Assembly: GCA_903902895.1 (NCBI GenBank)
Contig: CAIUWO010000617.1
Span: 1-52,819 of the forward strand
Reading direction: 5' to 3'
Length of the DNA stretch: 52,819 nt
Origin: Candidatus Hydrogenedentota bacterium
GTDB taxonomy: Bacteria; Hydrogenedentota; Hydrogenedentia; Hydrogenedentales; CAITNO01
Part shown: positions 19,162 to 27,838 of the stretch, piece after piece
Layout of the letters: every line of letters begins with the position of its first letter
Position numbering within the stretch: position 1 is the first letter of the stretch
Made by a program: the position numbers and the translations under genes
Notes under the pieces: generated by a model
Told to the model about the DNA's origin: nothing
Seen by the model: the letters and a program-made list of their open reading frames with translations, nothing else
The model's database searches: none

Positions 19162-20157
19162 TCAGGCATTCAGTTCCTGCAAGACTTTCGTCAGGTGCGC
19201 CAGGGAGCGGACCGCCTCCTCCTCGGTGCCGCATTCGGCGGAAAGCACGCCCTTGTAGCCCGCCTTCTGAAGCCGGCCCACAAGTTTCTTCCAGTCAATA
19301 ACGCCGTCACCGCAGGCGCAGCCCACCGCTGTGCCGGTGACTTTGCCGCGCTCCGCCTCGGCCTGTTTCACCGAAATGTCCTTGGCGTGGACGTGGACCA
19401 CCTTGTCAATCACCGCGTCGAGCATTTCGTAGGGGTCCGAGCCGGACAGGAAGGTGTTGCCGCAGTCATAGTTGCACTTGATCCACGGCGAGTCCACCAG
19501 CGACAGGATGCGCACCATGCGGTCAATCTTGCCCGTGTACGGCCCGTGCTGCTCCACCGCGATGTACACGCCGTTTTCCTCGCACGATTCAGCGATGGCG
19601 CGCAGGTTGATGCGCATGATGTTGTAGGCCTCGGTCTCGTCAATCCACTTGGGCGGGAACATGTCCTCGGTGATCTGCACGATGTTCACGCCGAGCGCCC
19701 TGGCGTATTGAAGGCCGCGCTTCGCATACTGCACGCCGAACTCGGGACTGAGCAGGTCCGAGTGCGACGACAGGCCGCTGATCTTCACCCCGGCCTCGTC
19801 GCACATATCCTGAATGACCTTGGGGCCCGTGTCCATGCTCGTCACATGGCAGTAGCCCGCGTTGGAAAGCAGGCAGCGGCCGTTCAGGAAGCACGGCTCG
19901 ACATATTTGTACCCAATCTCCCCGGCGCGCTTGATGCCCCAGGCAAGGCTCTTGTCGGCATGCCGGACGTATTCCAGATTGATGCCGATGCCCATGCGGC
20001 CGTTGGGGTCCCAGGCCGCGCCGGGCACGTTCGGCGCCGCGGCCTGCGCCGTCTGCGTCACCGCCGAAACCGCCGCACCCGCCACCACCGCACTGCTCAT
20101 GAACTCGCGCCGGGTTGAACCCGGTATCGCGGCCAAATGCTCTTTGTTTTCCGACAT
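19162..20157 (-). CDS. Tat-exported sugar-phosphate isomerase/epimerase (xylose-isomerase-like TIM barrel)
   Basis: TRREF Tat motif; 'AVEQH', 'NYDCGN', 'HVHAKD', 'GDGVIDW' and 'GYKGVLSAE' metal-site motifs. Confidence 0.9.
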   Translation of the reverse strand: MSENKEHLAAIPGSTRREFMSSAVVAGAAVSAVTQTAQAAAPNVPGAAWDPNGRMGIGINLEYVRHADKSLAWGIKRAGEIGYKYVEPCFLNGRCLLSNAGYCHVTSMDTGPKVIQDMCDEAGVKISGLSSHSDLLSPEFGVQYAKRGLQYARALGVNIVQITEDMFPPKWIDETEAYNIMRINLRAIAESCEENGVYIAVEQHGPYTGKIDRMVRILSLVDSPWIKCNYDCGNTFLSGSDPYEMLDAVIDKVVHVHAKDISVKQAEAERGKVTGTAVGCACGDGVIDWKKLVGRLQKAGYKGVLSAECGTEEEAVRSLAHLTKVLQELNA

Positions 20158-20181
20158 GATGCAACACCTCCTGGGTTGGGG

Positions 20182-21069
20182 TTATTTGGATGCGTCCACC
20201 GGCTCAGACTTGCCGGTCTCTAACCATTCCTTGTAGGCGGCATCGACCTGTTCAGCGCCGACCTTGCCGTCCCACAGCGCCACGCCGTAGTGCAGGAGCA
20301 GCGGCTTGCCCGGCTCGATGGTCAGCGGCTCGCGGTATACGTTCAGCGTGGCCGACTGATAGGCAAAGCCTACCGGCATGGTGAAGAACACGGTGGGACG
20401 GCTCGCATTGGTCGGATCGGAGAACAGCGCGACCGTAACGGGCTTGCCGTCGCACGGGGCGGTGTATGCGCACCAGTTGGCGGGCACGTTGTACTCCTGA
20501 CCGCGCACCAATTCCCCAGGCTGGCCGGAGGAATTGAAGAAAGTGCCGATCTTGTCCATCGACTCCTGAAAGCGCATGCCCAGCCCCGCATAGTGGGAGC
20601 CGGTCAGTTTGGCCGGGGCGCCATCGGGCGCTTCCAGCCGCATGCGCCAGGTGACCACCGTCGGACCGTCGGGCTTGGGCAGTGCCGCGCGCACCACGCG
20701 CCGCTCCTTGAGCACCACCTTGCCGTCCGGCCCGGTCCAGTCGAGCTGCTCCACCACACCGTCTTCACGGGTCTTGAAGGATTTGGAGACCTCCTTGCCG
20801 CACTTGTCGATTTCGGACCAAAAGTCGATGTCATTCACGGTCAGCGCGAACATGAGCCCGTGGTGGTGGATGTGGTCGGCCACCTGGTCCCGGATGACGT
20901 TCACCCCCGAGGGCGTGTACAGGGACTGCACATACGATTTGAACGGCGCGGGACCCCGCATGTAGGTAAAGATCGTCTTGTCGCCGCATTTGACAGGAAC
21001 GGCGTCGCCCGCCCAAGAGGATGCGGCCATCGCCGCGAACACCATGACCACAAACCCTGACCTGACCAT
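20182..21069 (-). CDS. Exported PmoA-like / DUF6807 family protein
   Basis: Start reassigned to ATG 21069 (GGAGG RBS; alternative 21075); signal peptide; 'LYTPSG...DHIHHHGLMFA...DFWSE' and 'YAGLGMR' motifs. Confidence 0.8.
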   Translation of the reverse strand: MVRSGFVVMVFAAMAASSWAGDAVPVKCGDKTIFTYMRGPAPFKSYVQSLYTPSGVNVIRDQVADHIHHHGLMFALTVNDIDFWSEIDKCGKEVSKSFKTREDGVVEQLDWTGPDGKVVLKERRVVRAALPKPDGPTVVTWRMRLEAPDGAPAKLTGSHYAGLGMRFQESMDKIGTFFNSSGQPGELVRGQEYNVPANWCAYTAPCDGKPVTVALFSDPTNASRPTVFFTMPVGFAYQSATLNVYREPLTIEPGKPLLLHYGVALWDGKVGAEQVDAAYKEWLETGKSEPVDASK

Positions 21070-21250
21070 CGGCATGCACCTCCAGTGGCGTTGTTGACCG
21101 CCCCGGGAACCCCCGGGGGCGGGATTAATAGTATGCACGGGGACGGCGGCGGTCAAGTGCCGGCACACGGACCTTTTTTGCATCGGCACGCGCCGATGGG
21201 ACATGCTGTTGTCATGGGGCTCTTCCCCGCTTTCCAGGAAAGGTTGTGTC

Positions 21251-22975
21251 ATGAGGCATGCCGGACGTATATGCATGGCTGCCGCGCTGGTAGCCGCCGC
21301 CGCCGCGCTGGGCGGCTGCGATTTCAAGCAGAACGCCATCGCGGTGTCGAACACGAGCATCGACTTCAGCCGCAATGAGACGCCGTACACGATGTATGTG
21401 TGGAACAACAACGCCATGATCGTGAAGCTGACCGTGGCCGTTGTGGCGGACGAGCCCTGGATTCTTCCCAATGTGGAGGAGATCGTCAGCGCCATGCCGG
21501 AGGACGCGGAGAAGGGCCCCTTTGACAAGCGCGCCGTCATTATCCGCATCGACCGGACCCAACTGCCCAAGGGGGAAAGCAAGGGCACCATCACGCTGAC
21601 CTCGAAGGGCATCAAGCCGCGCACCATCGACATCCGCGTCTGGATGGACGCCGACGGCCGGCAGGCCGCGCTCAACCTGGTCAACCCCGTGGCCACCTAT
21701 TCAAAACCCTATGTGATTGACTTCGCGTTCGGCCTGAACGATTCCCACGGCAATGCGGTGGTGGCCGAGCCAAACCAGTTCGCCGTGCAGGGTTTCGAGG
21801 ACAACAACGAAATCGCTTCAGAAACGGGCCTGCAACTGCGGCGCGCGGCCGCGCGCCAGCTCAAGCTGGATTTGGTCATGGACTACAGCCTGGCCATGCA
21901 GAACAGCGACGGCGCGGTCGAGGCGATGGAAGAGACGGCGAAGGGCATATTGCTGCCCGCGCTGAACACGGAGGCGCTGGTGGGGGTGACCGAGTTCCAC
22001 CGGGACGACCGGGACGCGGAGAACGTGTCTGACTTCACGATTGACCGCGCCTACACGCGTGCGCGCATCGAAGCCATCCAGCCGGAAATCGTCAGGGGAT
22101 GGTACTCGGGCCCGCGCCTATTCGATGCGGTCGTCGAATCGGCGCGCAAGTTCAACGAGGGCGAACCGCTGCAGGAGTCGCGCCACATACTGCTGCTCAC
22201 GGCGGGACGGGACACGTCCAGCAGCTTTACGATGGACGACGCGGTCTACTCCGCGGCCCAGCGCGGCGTTCGCGTGTCCGTCGTCGGGTTCGGCCAGGAC
22301 GTGGACCTGCCCGTCATGCTCGACCTGACCGGAAGGACGGGTGGCATCTATTTCCCGGCCGGGCAGGTGGCGGACCTGCCGGACGCGATTCAGCGCATTG
22401 TCGACAACCTTGCCGGCCAGTACATCCTGCGGTGGGCGTCGCTGCGCCGGATTGACGAACCGTTCCGCCCGTCCTTTGCCATCAAGTACGGCAGCGACCG
22501 CGGCACCTTCAAGCCGGATTTCGACTTCAAACCGGGCGACCATGCGGGCGATCCGCTGCGCGGCATGCTGCGGCTGGTGAATTCGGGCACGCCTGACTCG
22601 GCGGCGGTGGTGCTGCGCGCCGACTACCTGCCCCGCTTCATCCGCGAGCTATGGATTCACGCGAAAAGCCCACTGGCCTTCACCGCCAGCGTGGTGTCCC
22701 CCGCCGACGACGGCATCGTCGGGGACTGGTCCGTGCAGGTCACGGAGGACGCGGAGCGCGGCGGCCAGATGATACATCTGTCCAGTCCGGGCGCCCCCGC
22801 CCCCTTTGCCGCGTTCGGTCCGGTGCTGCGTTTTGACTTTTCCAGCCCGCCCCCGGCCGACACGCCGCTGTTCGAGGAAATGTACATCGACAACTCGGTC
22901 TATGAGGAGGGGGTGTTCCTGGTAATTCGCGGTTTCCACAACCCCGGCCTTGACCCGCGGCAAGAGGCGGACTGA
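21251..22975 (+). CDS. Lipoprotein with BACON-like and vWA domains
   Basis: Lipobox ALGG-C; 'DEPWI...IDRTQLPKG..GTITLTS' BACON-like segment; vWA fold 'LVMDYS...LFDAV...ILLLTAG...VVGFG...TGG.YF'. Confidence 0.82.
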   Translation: MRHAGRICMAAALVAAAAALGGCDFKQNAIAVSNTSIDFSRNETPYTMYVWNNNAMIVKLTVAVVADEPWILPNVEEIVSAMPEDAEKGPFDKRAVIIRIDRTQLPKGESKGTITLTSKGIKPRTIDIRVWMDADGRQAALNLVNPVATYSKPYVIDFAFGLNDSHGNAVVAEPNQFAVQGFEDNNEIASETGLQLRRAAARQLKLDLVMDYSLAMQNSDGAVEAMEETAKGILLPALNTEALVGVTEFHRDDRDAENVSDFTIDRAYTRARIEAIQPEIVRGWYSGPRLFDAVVESARKFNEGEPLQESRHILLLTAGRDTSSSFTMDDAVYSAAQRGVRVSVVGFGQDVDLPVMLDLTGRTGGIYFPAGQVADLPDAIQRIVDNLAGQYILRWASLRRIDEPFRPSFAIKYGSDRGTFKPDFDFKPGDHAGDPLRGMLRLVNSGTPDSAAVVLRADYLPRFIRELWIHAKSPLAFTASVVSPADDGIVGDWSVQVTEDAERGGQMIHLSSPGAPAPFAAFGPVLRFDFSSPPPADTPLFEEMYIDNSVYEEGVFLVIRGFHNPGLDPRQEAD

Positions 22976-23271
22976 TGCCTCCCGTAAATCCCAACGACGA
23001 ACCCATTGACATTGTTTCGCGTCCCGTCAATCCGGACGGCACGGTGGGGCGGCCTGAAACGGGACCTCCGCCTGAGTCGGATGGAAGGTCGGTGGCGTTT
23101 CCCGGCCGGCGCGATGACGGAGGGGCGGAACGCGCCGAGGTCCGGTACTGGCGCTTCGAGGGCACCGGAGACGACGGGTGCGGGTGCGGCGGGTGCGGAT
23201 GCCTGACGGCGGTGCTCATGCTGCTGGGCCTGATGCTGCTGCGCGGGTGCACCGGCCTGCTCTTTCGCTGA
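22975..23271 (+). CDS. Small C-terminally anchored protein with GCGCGGCGC motif
   Basis: TGATG-coupled to the vWA gene; Pro-rich N-terminus, Cys/Gly motif, then one hydrophobic helix. Confidence 0.65.
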   Translation: MPPVNPNDEPIDIVSRPVNPDGTVGRPETGPPPESDGRSVAFPGRRDDGGAERAEVRYWRFEGTGDDGCGCGGCGCLTAVLMLLGLMLLRGCTGLLFR

Positions 23272-23332
23272 CTTCCTACACGCGAGGGACCGGATAGGAA
23301 GTATCCACAATTGAGATAGAAGCGGGTTCTTA

Positions 23333-23449
23333 GTCCCCCTTTGAAGGGGGTGGTCGGCGCAAGCCGACCGGGGGATGTTGCCGATGTCTTGAGCGAGCCC
23401 GACATCCCCCGCCCCGCCTACGGCGGGCCCGCCCCCTTCAAAGGGGGAC
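23333..23449. repeat. Inverted-repeat element TCCCCCTTTGAAGGGGG...CCCCCTTCAAAGGGGGA
   Basis: Terminal inverted arms with inner GGGGATGT/ACATCCCC; second copy at 29564-29673. Confidence 0.85.
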
Positions 23450-23610
23450 CCAAGCCTCCGCCCAAGAGGTGCTCGCAAAAAGCTTCAGATCTTGCGCGCA
23501 ATGTCCGCTCACAAAAGGCTCCCTGAATACCTGGCTTTTGTGCCGACCCCTCCCGTTCAGGTACGATTTCTCCCGTTCCCATTCATCCCCCTGGAAGGTA
23601 ATGTCCGTTG

Positions 23611-24549
23611 ATGCGATTCTGGGTCATAGCCGGCGTGGCGGTTCTCCTGCTGGCCACGTCGTACGGTGTGCGCCACTGGGCGCAGTTGGACGGGGCGCTT
23701 CCGTCCCCACCCCCCCCGGGCGGGGACGCAGCCCCGCCGGCCGACGGGTACACCCGCATCATCTCGCTGTCGCCCGGGCTCACGGAGACGCTGTTCGCCG
23801 TGGGCGCGGGCGACCGCGTGGTCGGCGTGACCCGGTTCTGCAACTGGCCCGCCGAGGCGGCGGCGCGCCCCAAGGTGGGCGGTTTTCTCGACCCCAATTA
23901 TGAGGCCATGGTCGCGCTGCGCCCGGACCTGGTGGTCATGATGCCGTCCAACCGCGCCCACCTGGCCGAGTTGGGACGGCTGGGCCTGCGCTGCAGGGTG
24001 GTGGACCAGACGATGCTGGACGACATCCTCGACAGCATCGAAACGCTGGGCCGCCTGTCGGGCAACAGCGTCAAAGCTGCGGCACTGCGCGCCTCCATGC
24101 AGCAACGCATTGAGGCGGTGCGCGCAAAGGCCGCACCCCTCCCCCACCCCAGGGTGCTGCTGTCGTCGGGCCGCGACCTGCGCGCAAAGAAACTGGACGA
24201 GGTGTACATTGTCGGGCGCAAGACTTTTCTGGGGGACATCCTTCGGATTGCGGGCGGTGAGAACGCCTTTCCCGACTCGGCCGTCGATTATCCTGCACTG
24301 TCCGGCGAGGCCATACTGCGGCTCAACCCCGATGTCATTGTCGAGTTTACCAACGGCTTGGACGAACTGGGCCTCACCCGCGAGGACGCCGTCGCGCCGT
24401 GGCGCGCGCTGCCCGGCCTGGCCGCGGCGGAAAAGGGGCGCATCGCCACGCTGGACGGCGCGCACCTGACCATTCCCGGCCCCCGCGTGGTGGAGACGCT
24501 GGAGGCGCTCGCCAAAGCCATTCATCCCGAGTGGGATGGCACGCCATGA
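23611..24549 (+). CDS. ABC transporter substrate-binding protein, BtuF/FecB-like (helical backbone metal receptor)
   Basis: 'RIISLSPGLTETLFAVGAGDRVVGVTRFCNWP', 'PNYEAMVALRPDLV', 'GEAILRLNPDVIV' and 'PGPRV' motifs. Confidence 0.9.
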   Translation: MRFWVIAGVAVLLLATSYGVRHWAQLDGALPSPPPPGGDAAPPADGYTRIISLSPGLTETLFAVGAGDRVVGVTRFCNWPAEAAARPKVGGFLDPNYEAMVALRPDLVVMMPSNRAHLAELGRLGLRCRVVDQTMLDDILDSIETLGRLSGNSVKAAALRASMQQRIEAVRAKAAPLPHPRVLLSSGRDLRAKKLDEVYIVGRKTFLGDILRIAGGENAFPDSAVDYPALSGEAILRLNPDVIVEFTNGLDELGLTREDAVAPWRALPGLAAAEKGRIATLDGAHLTIPGPRVVETLEALAKAIHPEWDGTP

Positions 24550-24649
24550 ATGCGCCGCGAAAAACAGGGACTGACGCAAGCGGAGCGCCGTCCAGGCGCG
24601 CAGACGGGTCTGTCCCTGCTTTTCGCTGTTTTGATGATGAGATCTTCTT

Positions 24650-25453
24650 ATGAACAACTGCGCCACTCCTGCATTCCAGATTGAGGGACTCTCGGTCACC
24701 GCGGGCGGAGCGACCATTCTGCGCAATATCACGTTTGAGGTGGCCGAGGGCGAGTCGCTGGCCATCATCGGCCCGAACGGCGCGGGCAAGACCACGCTGC
24801 TGCGCGGCCTGATGCGCATGATTGCGGGCGTGTCGGGCGGCATCCGCGTGTTTGGCAGACCGCTGGCGGCCTGTTCGCAGCGCGAACTGGCGCGCATGGT
24901 CAGCTATGTGCCCCAGGCCGAGGGCCGCTCACTGCCGTTCACGGTGCGCGAGTTCATGCTCATGGCGCGCTATCCGCACCTAAGCCCCTTCTCGCACCTG
25001 ACCGCGCGCGACCATGAGGCCGTGGACCACGCCATGGAGCGCACGGGTGTCACCGTTTTTGCCAACCGCGGCATGGACACGCTGAGCGGCGGGGAGCGGC
25101 AGAAGATCTTTGTCGCGGCGGCCCTGGCGCAGGAGCCGCGCGCCATGCTGCTCGACGAGCCGACCACCTTCCTCGACTACCGGCACCAGGTGGAGGTGCT
25201 CGAACTGGTGGAGCGGCTGCACCGCGAGGGCGGGCTCACTGTCGTGTCGGTCACGCACGACCTGAACCAGGGCGCGCTCGCGGGCGACCGCGTGCTGGCG
25301 CTGCGGCGGGGCCAGACCACCTTCCACGGCACGCCGAAGGAACTGCTCGCCCATCCGGAGATTCTGTCGGGCATCTACGAAACCGAATTCGACTACATCA
25401 CCCACCCGCACACGGGCGCGACCATCGTCGTGCCGATCAAGGGGCAGCCATGA
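24650..25453 (+). CDS. ABC transporter ATP-binding protein, BtuD/FecE-like
   Basis: GPNGAGKT, LSGGERQ, LLDEPT and THDLN motifs. Confidence 0.95.
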   Translation: MNNCATPAFQIEGLSVTAGGATILRNITFEVAEGESLAIIGPNGAGKTTLLRGLMRMIAGVSGGIRVFGRPLAACSQRELARMVSYVPQAEGRSLPFTVREFMLMARYPHLSPFSHLTARDHEAVDHAMERTGVTVFANRGMDTLSGGERQKIFVAAALAQEPRAMLLDEPTTFLDYRHQVEVLELVERLHREGGLTVVSVTHDLNQGALAGDRVLALRRGQTTFHGTPKELLAHPEILSGIYETEFDYITHPHTGATIVVPIKGQP

Positions 25454-26445
25454 AGCGCCGCTGGATGCTTCCCCTGCTGGCCGTCCTCGCGCTGGCCTGC
25501 CTGCTGGGCGCGCCCTTTGTCGGCATGAGCCACGTGCCGCTGTCGGCCGTGCTCGACCCATTCGGCGTCTCCGCCGAATCCGTCGTGTTCTGGCGCATCC
25601 GCGTGCCCCGCGCGATCACCGCGTTTCTCGCCGGTTCCGGGCTGGCCGTGTGCGGCATGGCCTTCCAGGCGCTCTTCCGCAACCCCCTGGCCACACCCTA
25701 CACGCTGGGCGTGTCGAGCGGCGCGGCCTTCGGCGCGGCGGTCTACGTGCGGATGGGCCTGGCCTTCACGCTGCTGGGCATCCCCGGCGCGTCCATCGCC
25801 GCCTTTGTCGGCGCGCTGCTGACGATTCTGCTGGTCTACGGCCTGACCAAGGCGCGCGGCGGATTCTCCACCTCCACCCTGCTGCTGGCCGGGGTGGCGC
25901 TCAGTTTCTTCCTGTCCAGCATGCTGCTGGCGGTCCAGTACAGCGCCAACCTGCACGACTCGTTCCGGCTGGTCCGCTGGCTCATGGGCGGCTTGGGCAT
26001 GGTGGGCTACGACGCGCCGCTCAACGTGCTGCCCTTTGTCGGCACCGGCGTGGTGGCGCTGGCGCTGCTCACCAACGAATTGAACCTGATCAACACGGGC
26101 GAGGACATCGCCATGAGCCGGGGACTGAACGTGCACCGCTTCAAGCAGGCGCTCTTCGTCGCCGTGTCGGTCACGGTCGGCGGCGTGGTGGCCGTCTGCG
26201 GACCGATTGGGTTTGTGGACATGATGGTGCCGCACATCTGCCGCATGCTGGTGGGCCCCGACCACCGGCGGCTCTTCCCCGCAACCCTGCTCTTCGGCGG
26301 CGCCTTTCTCACCGCCTGCGACGCGCTGTCGCGCACCGTCATCGCGCCGGTCGAGATTCCCGTGGGAATCATCACCGCCCTGCTCGGCGGGCCGTTCTTC
26401 CTGTGGCTGCTGCTGGGCGGGAGAAGGGGCAGAGCCGCGCTGTAG
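25450..26445 (+). CDS. FecCD/BtuC family ABC permease
   Basis: 'RVPR', 'QALFRNPLATPYTLGVSSGA', 'GPIGFV...PH' and 'EIPVGIITALLGGPFF' motifs; ATGA overlap with the ATPase gene. Confidence 0.95.
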   Translation: MKRRWMLPLLAVLALACLLGAPFVGMSHVPLSAVLDPFGVSAESVVFWRIRVPRAITAFLAGSGLAVCGMAFQALFRNPLATPYTLGVSSGAAFGAAVYVRMGLAFTLLGIPGASIAAFVGALLTILLVYGLTKARGGFSTSTLLLAGVALSFFLSSMLLAVQYSANLHDSFRLVRWLMGGLGMVGYDAPLNVLPFVGTGVVALALLTNELNLINTGEDIAMSRGLNVHRFKQALFVAVSVTVGGVVAVCGPIGFVDMMVPHICRMLVGPDHRRLFPATLLFGGAFLTACDALSRTVIAPVEIPVGIITALLGGPFFLWLLLGGRRGRAAL

Positions 26446-26488
26446 GCGGCAGATGCGGAAGGCGTTGACGGGCGTCGCGCCCGCATGT

Positions 26489-27589
26489 CTATGGAATGGC
26501 GGGCCGCAGTTCCAGAACGGTCTTCAGCACCGCCTGGGCCACGATGGCATAGCCGTCGGCGGTCAGATGGAAGGGGTCCACGTACAAATCGTCCTTTCCG
26601 GCGGCCTTCAACGCCTCCGTGGGGTCGACAACCGGAATGCCGGCCGCCGCCGCCACCTCCCGCAGGGTCTTTTTGTAGGCAACATATTTGGCCAGGTAGT
26701 CCGGCCCCTTTTCCCCGAGCAGCGTGTCGTCCGCCGGATTCATGCCGGTGTACACCTCCAGGCTCATCGGCCACGCCACGAAAACAAGCGGGACGCGCCG
26801 TTGCGCGCAGAGGGCGCAGATTTCGGAAAGCGCCTCGCGGAATTCATCCTGCGTCAGCCGGGCAGGCGACGTCTTGTCGATGGAGCCAGCCGGACGCTCC
26901 AGGGTCGCCCAGGCTTTCAGGAACGACCCGACGCGCAGGGAGTGCGCCGTGCGCGCAAGCGCGCTGAAGGGGAACGCCCGCTCCCACGGGCGAAGCGCGA
27001 ACCGTTCGGCGACGGCGCTGTCGGCCAGCCCGGCCATGACGCTGCAGTCGTTGTAGCCGAAACCCGCGACGACCAGGCCGGGCCTCAGCGATTCGATGTT
27101 CCGCTCAAGGAATATCCGCCCCTGGAGCGCCGTCCAGCCGGGCACGCCCGAGTTCACCACCTGGTGTTTCCCGCCCCGCGCCCCGGTCATCAGTTCACCG
27201 AGCCGGGCAGGGTAGGTGCCGGAATCGTCCGCGCCATAGCCGAAGGTGCAGGAGTCGCCCAGCGCCAGAATGGGCCGCGCCGCCCCGCCCTCCGGCGCGC
27301 TCCCCGCCTGCGTGCGGAAGCCGCGCGAATCCGTGCTCACCGTGAAGTGGACCTGATTGTCCTGCTCGTTTATCTTCAGGTTTGAAAGGCCGGCGCGCAG
27401 CCGAAATATCATGTCGGGGTCAATTTGATAGACGGCGAATATTCCGTTGGGATTCTTCGGCTCCAGTCCAAAAAAGATGCGGCGCTGGACAATCGCGTCC
27501 AGTCCCGCGATACGCGTGAGGCACTCCAGCAGGAGCAGTGTCAAAAACGCTATCAACAGGCTTCGGAAAGCGAACCGTTTCATCTGCAT
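26489..27589 (-). CDS. Membrane-anchored SGNH/GDSL hydrolase
   Basis: N-terminal TM; LGDSCTFG, NSGVPG, GYND and DPFH blocks. Confidence 0.9.
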   Translation of the reverse strand: MQMKRFAFRSLLIAFLTLLLLECLTRIAGLDAIVQRRIFFGLEPKNPNGIFAVYQIDPDMIFRLRAGLSNLKINEQDNQVHFTVSTDSRGFRTQAGSAPEGGAARPILALGDSCTFGYGADDSGTYPARLGELMTGARGGKHQVVNSGVPGWTALQGRIFLERNIESLRPGLVVAGFGYNDCSVMAGLADSAVAERFALRPWERAFPFSALARTAHSLRVGSFLKAWATLERPAGSIDKTSPARLTQDEFREALSEICALCAQRRVPLVFVAWPMSLEVYTGMNPADDTLLGEKGPDYLAKYVAYKKTLREVAAAAGIPVVDPTEALKAAGKDDLYVDPFHLTADGYAIVAQAVLKTVLELRPAIP

Positions 27590-27838
27590 CTTTCAGTTGG
27601 CGCGTCCGGGTAAGCGTGGCCGGCATGCGACCGGACAGAGGGCCGGACTCAAACATCCCGGAACCTTCATAAAGAACCCGTCCGCCCGATTTTAGTGCTT
27701 TCCCGCCGCCATCGCAAGGACAGACCGGTGAGCCAACTCAAAGAACGTTGCATGGCGGGGCAATATGTGTCACCTTATGACCGGGACGAGGCGGACAAAG
27801 CGTCCCCATTCCCGCTACTCCCAAAGGAGGATTTGACC

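Noticed and set aside
20182-21069. Methane monooxygenase function implied by the 'PmoA' family name
   Set aside because: Soluble exported protein in a sugar operon with no pmoB/pmoC; the family label does not indicate methanotrophy.
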